A DNA stretch of 64,000 nucleotides, from assembly GCA_963666275.2 (NCBI GenBank), contig CAXXOA010000002.1:672001-736000 (forward strand). The letters run 5' to 3'. A program made the position numbers and the translations under genes. This stretch comes from Oceanispirochaeta sp. (GTDB lineage Bacteria; Spirochaetota; Spirochaetia; DSM-2461). This document shows positions 1 through 9,759 of the stretch, piece by piece. Numbering within the stretch: the first letter of the stretch is position 1; each line of letters begins with the position of its first letter. The notes under the pieces are model-generated. The model was not told the origin of the DNA. It worked only from the letters and a program-made list of their open reading frames with translations, and did no database searches.

Positions 1-38
1 TTGGTTAATTCTGCCCTTGAATACCCGGAGGAGATAGA

Positions 39-347
39 ATGGTAATCAAATATGTTCATAGGCTGGGAGATGAAAAAAAGGAGCTGAAGGCGTATCAGTC
101 TCAGGATATCCCCGACAACATTATTGAGATTATTACAACAAATCCCAGATTTTCAGAGAGCTGTATTTTTGGACAGAAAGGACTAGGGGAACCTGATGAG
201 ATTGAACTCTTATCCATCATATCAGATGGAGGTGAAGAGATGTCCTTCACGTATTACAATAAAGGAATCCACTACATGATGAACGGAAGTCCAGAGGATC
301 AACCGATTTTTCAAGTCTTCACTTATTTCATGATGCTCAATAGATAG
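39..347 (+). CDS. hypothetical protein (102 aa)
   Basis: ORF with GGAGGAG RBS just upstream; no motif recognised. Confidence 0.7.
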   Translation: MVIKYVHRLGDEKKELKAYQSQDIPDNIIEIITTNPRFSESCIFGQKGLGEPDEIELLSIISDGGEEMSFTYYNKGIHYMMNGSPEDQPIFQVFTYFMMLNR

Positions 348-407
348 AAAATACCCCGCTCCCGGAAAGCATAGTTAGTAATAAAATGCACCAAAGGAGC
401 GGAACCC

Positions 408-896
408 ATGGGCCGTCATAAACTACCCTACAAAATGAAGAAGCCAAACCAGCATCACAGGTATTCGGGAGAAAAAGCAGCAGAGCTGCCACCTTAACGA
501 ACAAAGACACTTCGGACTTCGGTCCGGTGTCTTTATTGGCGATACGTCTTATCAACTGATCCACACAGATCAGAAATATCAACGAAAACCAAAGTAAAAT
601 ATGAAGCAGGGAGGATAGCCAAAGAAGCGTATCAGTTATCCATTCAGGAAGCAGATAAAGTCATTTCATTTGCAGAATACAGCGAAGACTTCTTTACTGA
701 CAAATGCAAACTGACTTTAAGACGACAGGCTTCCAACAAACCGATATCACCAGAGATTCTGAAAGCCAAAAGAGGGCAACTGCTGAATCATCTGCAACCT
801 CAGTTTGGTGATCTTCCTCTGAATGAAATTACCCAGGTGATGTATGAAGACTGGAGGATGGGTATCGATTCAGGCTTCCCTGATTATATTGCATAA
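408..896 (+). pseudogene. tyrosine recombinase/integrase N-terminal part, interrupted by a 72-bp insertion and 3'-truncated
   Basis: AAGGAG RBS 394-399 and ATG 408. Manual translation without 466-537: MGRHKLPYKMKKPNQHHRYWRYVLSTDPHRSEISTKTKVKYEAGRIA...ISFAEYSEDFF...LLNHLQPQFGDLPLNEITQVMYEDW, resembling integrase arm/core-binding (SAM-like) regions. No catalytic domain before TAA 894-896. Confidence 0.7.
462..537. mobile_element. miniature double-hairpin insertion element, copy 1 (68 bp, 466-533, between TATT direct repeats)
   Basis: Near-identical to 1627-1703; TATT at 462-465 and 534-537; interrupts the integrase ORF. Confidence 0.7.
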
Positions 897-1055
897 GAGC
901 TGTTATGACATACACAAGCTTACTTCTTATGAAGTACAAATTCTGATCATTAGCTGGAAGGGTCGCAGAAATAGAGCAAAAAACTCCTGCTGCAATGAAT
1001 TGAATCAACGATTTTCACTGTTTCCAAAAGGCACACATAGTGTTATGATAAGAAT

Positions 1056-1331
1056 ATGGATAAGTTCTTCAACTGGAATGATGAGAAGAATGCTCTATTG
1101 ATCAAAGAACGGAATATTTCGTTTGAGGAAGTCGTTTTCTGTATTCAAAATGGTGGGATCCTTGATGATGTAGCGCATGCCAATCAGGAGAAATATCCCA
1201 ATCAGAGGATTTTTAGCGTCTTGATTGATGACTATGTGTATTTAGTCCCTTATGTTGAAAACGATGATGAAATCTTCCTGAAGACTATAATTCCGAGCAG
1301 GAAGGCGAAAAAAGAATATCTTGGAGGGTAA
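1056..1331 (+). CDS. BrnT-like type II toxin
   Basis: FNWNDEKN..L.KERNISFEEV...YVYLVPYVE..EIFLKTIIPSRKA pattern; paired with downstream antitoxin. Confidence 0.8.
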   Translation: MDKFFNWNDEKNALLIKERNISFEEVVFCIQNGGILDDVAHANQEKYPNQRIFSVLIDDYVYLVPYVENDDEIFLKTIIPSRKAKKEYLGG

Positions 1332-1333
1332 GC

Positions 1334-1615
1334 ATGGAACTCGATGATTATGAAAAAGAAATACTCGAAGATTATGAATCTGGTAAGCTAAAATCCTCAG
1401 GGATTTGCGATACTGAAAAAGAGCGGTTCTCTGAAATAGCCGCAAATACTCTTAAAAAAAATAGACGGGTGAATATCCGATTGTCTGAGCATGATCTCCA
1501 GGCTATTCAGAGGAAAGCAGTTCAGGAAGGGTTGCCCTATCAGACATTAATTTCCAGTTTGATTCATAAATACACGAATGGATTGCTTGTTGATAAGTCA
1601 AAAGTGGCTGGTTAA
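1334..1615 (+). CDS. CopG/RHH-type antitoxin
   Basis: C-terminal RVNIRLSEHDL..IQRKA..EGLPYQTLISSLIHKY; 2 bp after the toxin; GGAGG RBS. Confidence 0.8.
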   Translation: MELDDYEKEILEDYESGKLKSSGICDTEKERFSEIAANTLKKNRRVNIRLSEHDLQAIQRKAVQEGLPYQTLISSLIHKYTNGLLVDKSKVAG

Positions 1616-1626
1616 TCTGACGCCAG

Positions 1627-1703
1627 TATTCGGAAGAAATAGCGGTGAAACCGCCACCTTAACGAACAAAGACACTTCGGACAAAAGGTCCGGTGTCTTT
1701 ATT
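1627..1703. mobile_element. miniature double-hairpin insertion element, copy 2 (69 bp, 1631-1699, between TATT direct repeats)
   Basis: Same element as 462-537 with compensatory stem changes; TATT at 1627-1630 and 1700-1703. Confidence 0.65.
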
Positions 1704-1779
1704 GACGCCTTTTGGAAATTCTTCCGGTCCTGGAATGGTGAAGAACTTCGCATTTATTCCAAATGAAAAAAAATGTCAA

Positions 1780-2247
1780 TTATTTTCGAAGAGATCTTAA
1801 ATACATAGGCAGCTCACTTACAGCCACTATTTTATCAATTATCATAACCAGCCAGCTTTCCGGGTAACGTGGAGGAATCAGGGTCAGTGGAAACATATGC
1901 CTTTTGATAATGTCGCGTTCAATGCGGTTTAAGTGAAATCTTTCTCTGGCATTATTCAGGGCTGTTACCGGATGGGTGAATCCATGCATTTTATGGATCT
2001 CATAAAATCTCTTGTAGGGATGAAGGGATTCCCTGCTCCAGTCGTACAGAAAAAAATCATGAAGGAGGGCTCCTCTGGCAAGGGAACGGGAATCCAGATG
2101 CAGTCTGTTTCCCCATTTCCAGGCCAGCCGGGCGACCTTCAGACTGTGATCAAGAATACTGTTGCCGTGGTGGTTTATACTATCCAGCGTCTGGATATCA
2201 TCATGGCTGAGTATCTCCTGAATTATCCTGTCAAAATCGTTTTCCAA
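1780..2247 (-). CDS. HD-domain phosphohydrolase
   Basis: HS.KVA...GALLHDFFLYDW...HGFTHP...HMFPLT...DK motifs. Confidence 0.85.
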   Translation of the reverse strand: MENDFDRIIQEILSHDDIQTLDSINHHGNSILDHSLKVARLAWKWGNRLHLDSRSLARGALLHDFFLYDWSRESLHPYKRFYEIHKMHGFTHPVTALNNARERFHLNRIERDIIKRHMFPLTLIPPRYPESWLVMIIDKIVAVSELPMYLRSLRK

Positions 2248-2254
2248 AATCTTT

Positions 2255-3055
2255 TCAGTTCTCTTTTTTATCCCGGTTCAGACGCTTGTTTAGAGCTTTT
2301 GTAAAGGGCTTTAGTCTGGATTGGATATTTAATGTGTGGCTTCTGAGACTCTCCAGGAAAGATGTTCCCAGTTCTCCTCTGAAGGGGAAGAAAAATCGCG
2401 TATGATTCCTGAACCCTTCCCGGACTCTGTCTCTGAGTTCCAGTTTCAGGTTTTCAAAATCAACGGGGATTTTCTCTTCTGTTTCATCTACAAATCTCTT
2501 GATGCGACCGGCAATGTTGAAAGACTGCCAGAGATCGACGGCAAAGAGTCCTGTAAATAGACCTATGAAAAAGGAGAGCTGCAGATAGTTATATAGCTGG
2601 TCTATTATGCTGTTCAGCCGGGGGTAGATCATCAGATAGAAAAACACCCCCAGTATGGTCCATAACAGGCTGTATAACGGGCAGATTAATCCCTGTATAT
2701 TTCCTTTGTTCCGGGAATAGTCCCAGAGCTTGATTTTAAAGTGATGAATAAAGATTAGCCCAGCAATGTATTCCAGCAGGGTCAAACTGATCAAAAATGT
2801 TAGAGCCTGCAGATAAAGAGGCAGATTCAATGAGCTGGTCCGGTACAGGATGATCGTGCCGAAACCGTATAGGGGCAGCCAGGGCCCCTGCAGGAATCCC
2901 GGGTTGATCCATCTTTTTGCCTCTCCGTAATATCGTCTCCAGAACAGTTCAATAAACCATCCGGCAACCGTTCCCACCGAAAAAAGAAGAACATATTTCA
3001 ATGTGAAATACAGAGTGTCTGCAATTATTTCCATTATCCGGGCCTCACTGATCAA
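2255..3055 (-). CDS. membrane protein, putative ABC transporter permease (CmpB-like family)
   Basis: GWFIE...NPGFL.GPWLPLYGFG...LWDYS..GNIQGLIC motif; multiple TM helices. Confidence 0.75.
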   Translation of the reverse strand: MISEARIMEIIADTLYFTLKYVLLFSVGTVAGWFIELFWRRYYGEAKRWINPGFLQGPWLPLYGFGTIILYRTSSLNLPLYLQALTFLISLTLLEYIAGLIFIHHFKIKLWDYSRNKGNIQGLICPLYSLLWTILGVFFYLMIYPRLNSIIDQLYNYLQLSFFIGLFTGLFAVDLWQSFNIAGRIKRFVDETEEKIPVDFENLKLELRDRVREGFRNHTRFFFPFRGELGTSFLESLRSHTLNIQSRLKPFTKALNKRLNRDKKEN

Positions 3056-3196
3056 AAAATAATATCAGTTCAGATGAAAGTCAATTCAAGTGTCTATACA
3101 CAAAATTCTTTTGAAAGATCTTCATTCTTCTCAATTGTAGTGATATGGTGTAAGGCATTCATAAAATATGCCCATTAAAGCAATCATTTGATTCAA

Positions 3197-3532
3197 CTAT
3201 TTGTAGTGCCAGTAGAATAGTTTTTTTATCCCTGAAAACAGAAATCCCAGGCCCATTACTAAGCCCACGGCGTAACCCGCTAAACCGATAATTGGTATTC
3301 CGTATATCTGTGGTTGGATATCTGAAAGTACAATTATCGAGGAACTTAATAAAAGTGCAGAAAGGACCAGGCCAAAAACAAGTCTAAACCCGACCTTGTC
3401 TAAGGTCTCTCTGAGCCTCTCTACCTGAGGAGTGCGTAAGGTAACTTCCCGTTCTTTGATAAGATTTCGTAGATCGACAAATAGATCCGGGGTTTGCAAT
3501 AACATTTCGGACCAGTTGAGTTCGAAGGTCAT
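3197..3532 (-). pseudogene. C-terminal remnant of an AarF/ABC1/UbiB-family kinase
   Basis: LDKVGFRLVFGLVLSALLLSSSIIV...GIPIIGLAGY two-TM tail typical of ABC1/UbiB proteins; in-frame stop at 3554-3556; kinase core absent. Confidence 0.55.
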
Positions 3533-3598
3533 GGCTATATTTCCGGCACGGCCTTACACAAAGAATTTTACAGGCTCCAACAAAACCAGAAAAAAGGT

Positions 3599-6235
3599 TT
3601 ACTCCCATACAATAACAGGCCCTTGTCCTTGTTTCCCTATCCATTTTATAGACCCAACTGAGACTTCCTTCTTTTTTGATGCAAAATCTTCATCCATCAA
3701 CTGAAACTGCAATCCACTATCATTTGTTGTAAAGTTCATGGAACCACCATCGCTGAACTTTATCAGCAAACTATAGCTATCGATGCGATACGTTCCCGGT
3801 TCGGTCACTTTTGTGGAGAAACGACCGTTTCTATCAGATCGGACAGTATAACTTTTATTGCTATCAATATTATAGAATTCCAGGGTAATTCCTTTTTCAA
3901 ATAAACCCGCAGTCTCAGGGTTATTATTATGCGCACTGAATTCAGCTTAGATTTTTCCGGATACAACAACGCTGCTATTCTGTCTCTTTCCCAGTTCAAC
4001 AGGAGCCTCATTATCAATACCGTTAAAGGAGACTTTGTATATACCCTTGTCTGTACCTAGAAGAATTCCATTGTCAATCGGGTAAAGGGAAAAATCTTCT
4101 GCAGAGACCGCATCCAATAGAGTTTTCTTTTCCACAAAATCTGTCAATTCCAATTTTGCCCAAGTCATCCCTCTATCAGTACTCATATGCATGGGAAAAA
4201 TACTTCTATAGGGTTCTCCATTCTCTGAATGATACTTTCCAAGATATAAAATGACGATATTATCTCCATTGATTGCCGTTACATAACCGTTATTAATAGG
4301 TTTGACAACCTTACCAACCGGCTGCCATGAATCGCTGCCCGGCCCTACCCGGTCTTTACGAAAAATAGCAATGTATGGGAAATCACCATCTTTTCTGAAA
4401 AATCCATATACCGCATTCCCCTCTTCATAAATATCAATTTTGTCAGGTGTAAAACCGATACCATTTTCGGCTCCAGTATTTCTAGCTTCATTTATCAAAT
4501 TGACCGGAATTTCGATTGGTTGCCAACTTTCCCCTCTATCCCTGGAAACATATCCACTGTAACCTCGCAGAAATATGGCGTCTCCTTCAAAATAGAAAAG
4601 GCCGATCTCATTTAAAGGAACAGGAAGAGAATCTATCTTTTTAAAAGTAAATCCGAAATCCTGACTCAAATAGAGTCCGTCCCGGGATTTTACCAGAACC
4701 TGATCGTTCTGCATGCAGATATCAGAATAGATGTGGGGGATAAACCGCATGTTGAATTCCAAATAGACCCTATCCAGAAGATCAAAATATTTTTGAGTGT
4801 TCGATCTGTCGAGAAGACCATCTGAATAATATGCAGCAAAAAGGAAGTCTTCGTAGGTTGGGGTATCATATATCCTGGAATGATCTGCTTTTTCGAAGTT
4901 GAATTTCACATCATTCCAGGACTGTCCCCCATCTCTGGAAATTTCTGTATGTCTTCCATCTATGGATCTGTCTCTGCCGTAATATTTAAAATTATCATCA
5001 TATCGTTCCCAGCTTTGCCCCATATCCAGGCTCCGTTCAAAGGGGTAGCTTTTATCAAGCGGGGCTGAACGGAAGAGAACAGGTTTTCCATCAATCTTTT
5101 CAACACCTGTTTTAATGGGATCAGGGATATCATAAGAGACCACTTGCAGTTGCTTTCCAGGACTGGAATTATTCATTTGTCTGAGCAAGTCAACATCTTC
5201 TGGATAATGATATGCTTTCACTTCCCAGGAAACTCCCCGATCCTCTGAAAATGCATAAAATCCCTGATTTTCTACGATTCTATCCTGAATCCCCCAAGTA
5301 TTATTTATGTTTTCACCAGGATGCTTCCGCTGCAAGTTCATAATAACGGAGTCTCCGTCAACCTTTCCGATAACCCAGGGATACCACCCATCAGGGAAAT
5401 CCGCTGATTCGGCAATATTCTGAAAAGAGTCCCCCTGATCATGGGAAATAAACATTCCGGTCATTCCTCCGACAATGATAATATTTTCATTCCTAAGTGC
5501 TGTACGGATATTGCCAGAAAGACCTGATTCTTCCTGTTTAATGATCTGCCATGAAGAATCTGATATATCGTAAAACGCAACCCCGGAGAAATCTGTTGCA
5601 ATGAATGTAATATACTTTTCATTTAGTTTCAGAAACCTGGCTTCAAAGGGAGGTTCAATCAACAAAGGCACATTATTATGCTTGGGATTCCAGAGAGCCG
5701 CCCCATATTGACTTCTAAAAATGATATTCTCACCATAGAAGCCTTTGGGACTAAAGAATACATCTGTATTGAAAGATGCCATACCAAAAGCCTTCCCATC
5801 TCTGGTGGTATGAAACACCCAGTGTTCTCCTCTATCCAGACTTAAGGCTGCTATATTGCCAGAATGAGAACTAAAGATAAGAATCATCTGATCCTGAAAA
5901 GCAATACGGTTACAGTCAATTGTATCGTAGGTTCCGAAGCGTGTGGATGACATTGACAGGCGCTGATTCAGAAAAGCTGTATGTTTCCATGATTCCCCGC
6001 CGTTTTGGGATACTGCTATATACTGATCTCCCGCAAACACCAGAAGGTCTCCATCTGAGCCATAACAACTTTGCGGTTTATATAAAACAGGGAGTTCCTG
6101 CGACTCGGTTTCAAAAAGAGTGACAAACTTAAAGGGACTGTCCAATTCTGTTAGATCAGGCGTTGTTGAACAGGAGAGTACGGAAAGAATAATAAGGCAG
6201 GTAATAGAAGAAAGAGCTTTACTGAGTCTTTTCAT
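3599..6235 (-). pseudogene. Asp-box (BNR) repeat beta-propeller lipoprotein with C-terminal beta-sandwich; premature TAA at 3947-3949
   Basis: Start ATG 6235 with GAGGAG RBS; lipobox-like VLSC; nine S-x-D/N-x-G-x-x-W/F Asp-boxes; frame stays open after the TAA down to 3599. Confidence 0.7.
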
Positions 6236-6803
6236 GGCTACGAACTCCTCAGGGAATTGTATTGGAAGTCTTCTGAAAAAAGCAAATTTGTTCATTTATT
6301 ATGGGTTGTTTCTGTTGGATTACGCAAGTATAAAGGCATGTCTCTGAAATGTTGATAACTGACTCACCTCCAACCCATCGTCGGAACAGAATGTAGAGTG
6401 CCTGAATAAAACACCGGAGAATCCTTCCAGATGCTATCCATCATTCTGATCGAGCAGTCCAGTATCGCTCCGGCAAATATGTGAATATGATGAAACAAGC
6501 TGGTTTGAAAGTATTAATGTCCCGGAAAGGAATATAAACAAATGAGGCAGCATAAGTCAGCTGTGTCCACTATTGACAGTCAAGGCCAGGTTTTATCATC
6601 GCGCTATAATGGAGTTTCCGGGATATTTCTCTCCCAAAAAAATTGAAATAATGTATTATAAACAGGAAGAACATCTGGCTGTAGGTGCCGGACCTAAATA
6701 AAACTGTTTTCGGGATTCAAGGGTGGTGCATTCAGAGCACGCCTGTTTTTTTTTGTAGAAGAATAGAATCCCTCAGAGTCAAGATTGAAAGGATTTACGA
6801 ACC

Positions 6804-9092
6804 ATGAAATATCAGAGAATACAACAGCTGATCTCCTTCCTGATCCTTCTTCTTTCCGGCAGCAGTCTGACAGCAGGAGTATTTCAGGAGGGAGAGAAAA
6901 AGAATGTTCTTCTGATTACGTCCTACCATTATGGAGATACCTGGACGGACAATGTGGTCAATGGAATTCAGGATATTCTCGACAGACTCAGCGGGATCGA
7001 GCTCTATACAGAGTACATGGACTTCAGACGCCGGCCGGAACTGGAATATTCCCGGGTAATGGAAGATTACATACTGGAAAAGTATCAGAATGAAAAAATT
7101 GATGTGATCATTGTATCGGATGATGCAGCCCTGGAACTGCTCATAAAACTGCGGGCGGATCGCTTTGCGGACATCCCTCTGGTATTTTGCGGGATCAACG
7201 AATTCCGTGAGGAGAGTCTGATGGGACAGACCGGCATCGTGGGTGTTAATGAGACCCTCATGATCGATCAGACACTGGATTTGGCCCTACAGCTGTTTCC
7301 ATTGACAAAAAGGGTCTACGGAGTCGCTACTGATATCAGTCTCGCCGGCCGTCGCAATCTGGAAGAGTATCGGACATCCTCTTATCAGTCATCCAGAAGG
7401 GTTCAGCTTCTGGAACTCCTGAATTTAACCACTGATGATGCGGCAGAGGTGCTGTCGAAGCTTCTGAAAGACTCAATTCTTCTGGATCTTTCAGGACTCA
7501 ACTCTCCTGAAGGGAGGCAGATTTCCCGAATACAGACCATGGAATTGATGACTGGGTATTCCAACCTGCCTGTCTTCACCCTCTGGTCCTCCTCTATGGG
7601 GGAAGCGGGAGCTTTAGGGGGAGTCGTGGTAGACGGATACAAACAGGGAGTCCAGGCTGGAAATCTGGCGACCCGGATTCTTATGGGAGATACCCCGGAT
7701 TCAATAGCCCTGGTGACAGAAAGTCCCAATGTCACCATGATTGACTACACGCTGATGAAACAGTTCAGCCTGAGCGAGAAGGATTTGCCCTTAGGGACTG
7801 TAAAATTGAACAAACCCACCAGCTTCTACGAACTGTACAAGAAGTATGTCTGGTTCTACACCTCCCTGATGTTCCTTTTGATTCTTTTGGTACTGCTGCT
7901 CCTGTACTCCTTTCTGCAGAAGAGGAGAGCCGTCCATACCATAGCTATCCAGGAGAAAAAGTTCCGCACCCTATTCGAAAACGTACCGGACTATGCGCTG
8001 CTGCTGGAAAAACGGGAGGATGGGGTTTTTATTTCCGATCTGAACGAGGCCGCCTGCCGTGTTCACGGCTATCAGAGGGAGGAATTACTGGAACAGCCTC
8101 TGGAGGTAATGGATCCCGAGTCTCTTGACCATGACAGGCTTGATTCTGAATTGAAGCAGATTGATCACCTGGGCCGGCTTCATCATGAGATTCTTCATCA
8201 TCGGAAAGATGGGAGCTGTTTTCCCGTCGAAGCGACAGTAACGCCTGTGGAGATAGAGGGGCGGAGCTTTCTTTTCTCAGTGGAAAGGGATCTTACCAGG
8301 CAGAAAGAGCTTGAGCAGGAGAAGAGCGAGCTGGAGAAACAGATCCGGCAGAAGCACAAAATGGAGGCCATCGGTGTTTTAACGGGAGGGATTGCACACA
8401 ACTTCAATAACAGCTTGAATGCCATCATTGGAAATTTTGAACTGGCCTCCGTGAAAAATGATGACCCTAGTATTCAGCAATATTTGAAAAACGGGATTGA
8501 GGCAGCCTTCAGGGCCAGTGGTCTGATCGATCAGCTGACGACTTACAGTCACTCTTATGAAAGGGATTATTCACTGGTAAACCTTTCCGGAGAAATAGAG
8601 AAGACGCTTTCTCTTATACGTTCTACCCTGCCTGCGACCTTAATTCTCACTGTAAAAATTTCTGAGGAGAGCCGTGATAAGCATATCATGGCTGATTCAC
8701 AGAGTATTCAGGAAGTTTTGAAGAATTTATACCGTAATGCAGCCGATGCAATTAGTGATAAGGGGTCTTTGACCATTTCTCTGGATCTGGCACCCGCCGG
8801 TAACCTGGATAATCACAGAGAGTACTCCCATCTGGATAAATGCCTGCAATTAAGAATCTCAGATACAGGGTGTGGTATCTCTGATGAAATCTTGGAAAAA
8901 ATCTTTGATCCATTTTTCTCTACTAAAGAGGTTGGAACCGGCATTGGAATCGGTCTGACAACGGTAAAAGGAATCATCAGTCAATTGGGTGGGACGATAC
9001 GGGTCAGGAGCCGGCTTCAGGAGGGCAGTACATTTGAGATCTACCTTCCCATTGCAGAATCAGAAACTCTGAGAAAAGTTCCTGAAAAATGA
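6804..9092 (+). CDS. sensor histidine kinase (periplasmic substrate-binding-like domain, TM, PAS, HisKA, HATPase)
   Basis: [10 protein letters not shown]-box, N-box [43 protein letters not shown]; no receiver domain. Confidence 0.9.
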   Translation: MKYQRIQQLISFLILLLSGSSLTAGVFQEGEKKNVLLITSYHYGDTWTDNVVNGIQDILDRLSGIELYTEYMDFRRRPELEYSRVMEDYILEKYQNEKIDVIIVSDDAALELLIKLRADRFADIPLVFCGINEFREESLMGQTGIVGVNETLMIDQTLDLALQLFPLTKRVYGVATDISLAGRRNLEEYRTSSYQSSRRVQLLELLNLTTDDAAEVLSKLLKDSILLDLSGLNSPEGRQISRIQTMELMTGYSNLPVFTLWSSSMGEAGALGGVVVDGYKQGVQAGNLATRILMGDTPDSIALVTESPNVTMIDYTLMKQFSLSEKDLPLGTVKLNKPTSFYELYKKYVWFYTSLMFLLILLVLLLLYSFLQKRRAVHTIAIQEKKFRTLFENVPDYALLLEKREDGVFISDLNEAACRVHGYQREELLEQPLEVMDPESLDHDRLDSELKQIDHLGRLHHEILHHRKDGSCFPVEATVTPVEIEGRSFLFSVERDLTRQKELEQEKSELEKQIRQKHKMEAIGVLTGGIAHNFNNSLNAIIGNFELASVKNDDPSIQQYLKNGIEAAFRASGLIDQLTTYSHSYERDYSLVNLSGEIEKTLSLIRSTLPATLILTVKISEESRDKHIMADSQSIQEVLKNLYRNAADAISDKGSLTISLDLAPAGNLDNHREYSHLDKCLQLRISDTGCGISDEILEKIFDPFFSTKEVGTGIGIGLTTVKGIISQLGGTIRVRSRLQEGSTFEIYLPIAESETLRKVPEK

Positions 9093-9333
9093 TCCTATCC
9101 GGGATGACAGAAAAAATCCTTCTTATCGATAATGATGTTCTGGAACCCGATGTATTTTCCATAATTCTGCGCAGTTCCACCCGGTCCCATCATCGGCACT
9201 AAATATGGGGTTCTGATTATATACGATTGTGATTCCTCCATATTCACATACCGCGACTATTTTAGAGTTCTGAAATCGTATGGGGTTTATAGGTGACGAG
9301 TTCCTCAATTTAGAAACCGAGAGTGGAAAAGGA

Positions 9334-9759
9334 TCACATTTTGTTTGTTATACTTCTTAATAAATCATAGAATTTCTCTATGTCTTCAGTTGCAAGATCT
9401 GCAACACCTTCGGCAGTGAGGTCTCTGTGATGCTGACTGTGCTTCTGGTAATGTCCTTGTCCGTTCTCTGTCAGTACAATCACGATGGAACGACGGTCTT
9501 CCGGATTCGGGATTCTTTTCACCAGGTCGATTTTTTCCAGATTGTCGATTGCAACGGTTAATGTCCCTGTTGTAATTCCCATTTTCCCGGCCAAATCCTT
9601 CATCTTCATAGGTCCCTGTGCCCCAAGGATCTCTATTGTATGCATCTGTTGAAGAGTTATTCCAGAAGCAGATACAATGGAGTGCTCCCAGGAGGACAGT
9701 TTCTCATAAAACTCAATTATTAAATCTGAAAGTTTTCGGATATCATCATTTTTACTCAA
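9334..9759 (-). CDS. MarR-family transcriptional regulator
   Basis: wHTH with LVKRIPNPEDRRS; overlaps the ATPase stop. Confidence 0.9.
   Translation of the reverse strand: MSKNDDIRKLSDLIIEFYEKLSSWEHSIVSASGITLQQMHTIEILGAQGPMKMKDLAGKMGITTGTLTVAIDNLEKIDLVKRIPNPEDRRSIVIVLTENGQGHYQKHSQHHRDLTAEGVADLATEDIEKFYDLLRSITNKM

Noticed and set aside
337..1101. ORF-track calls 337..582 (-) and 844..1101 (+)
   Set aside because: They overlap the reconstructed integrase pseudogene, the element or the toxin gene, and show no motifs.
462..1703. Interpreting the two repeats as integron attC sites or CRISPR repeats
   Set aside because: CCTTAAC resembles an R'' box, but there is no matching GTTRRRY at the other end. 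There are only two copies, about 1.1 kb apart, no intI or cas genes, and copy 1 lies inside a coding sequence.
1618..1709. TGACGCC on both sides of copy 2 as a 7-bp target duplication
   Set aside because: Copy 1 has no equivalent duplication, whereas TATT flanks fit both copies and restore the integrase frame. Not fully excluded.
6348..6780. Possible gene remnants in the spacer before the kinase
   Set aside because: Only short frames; nothing I could recognise.
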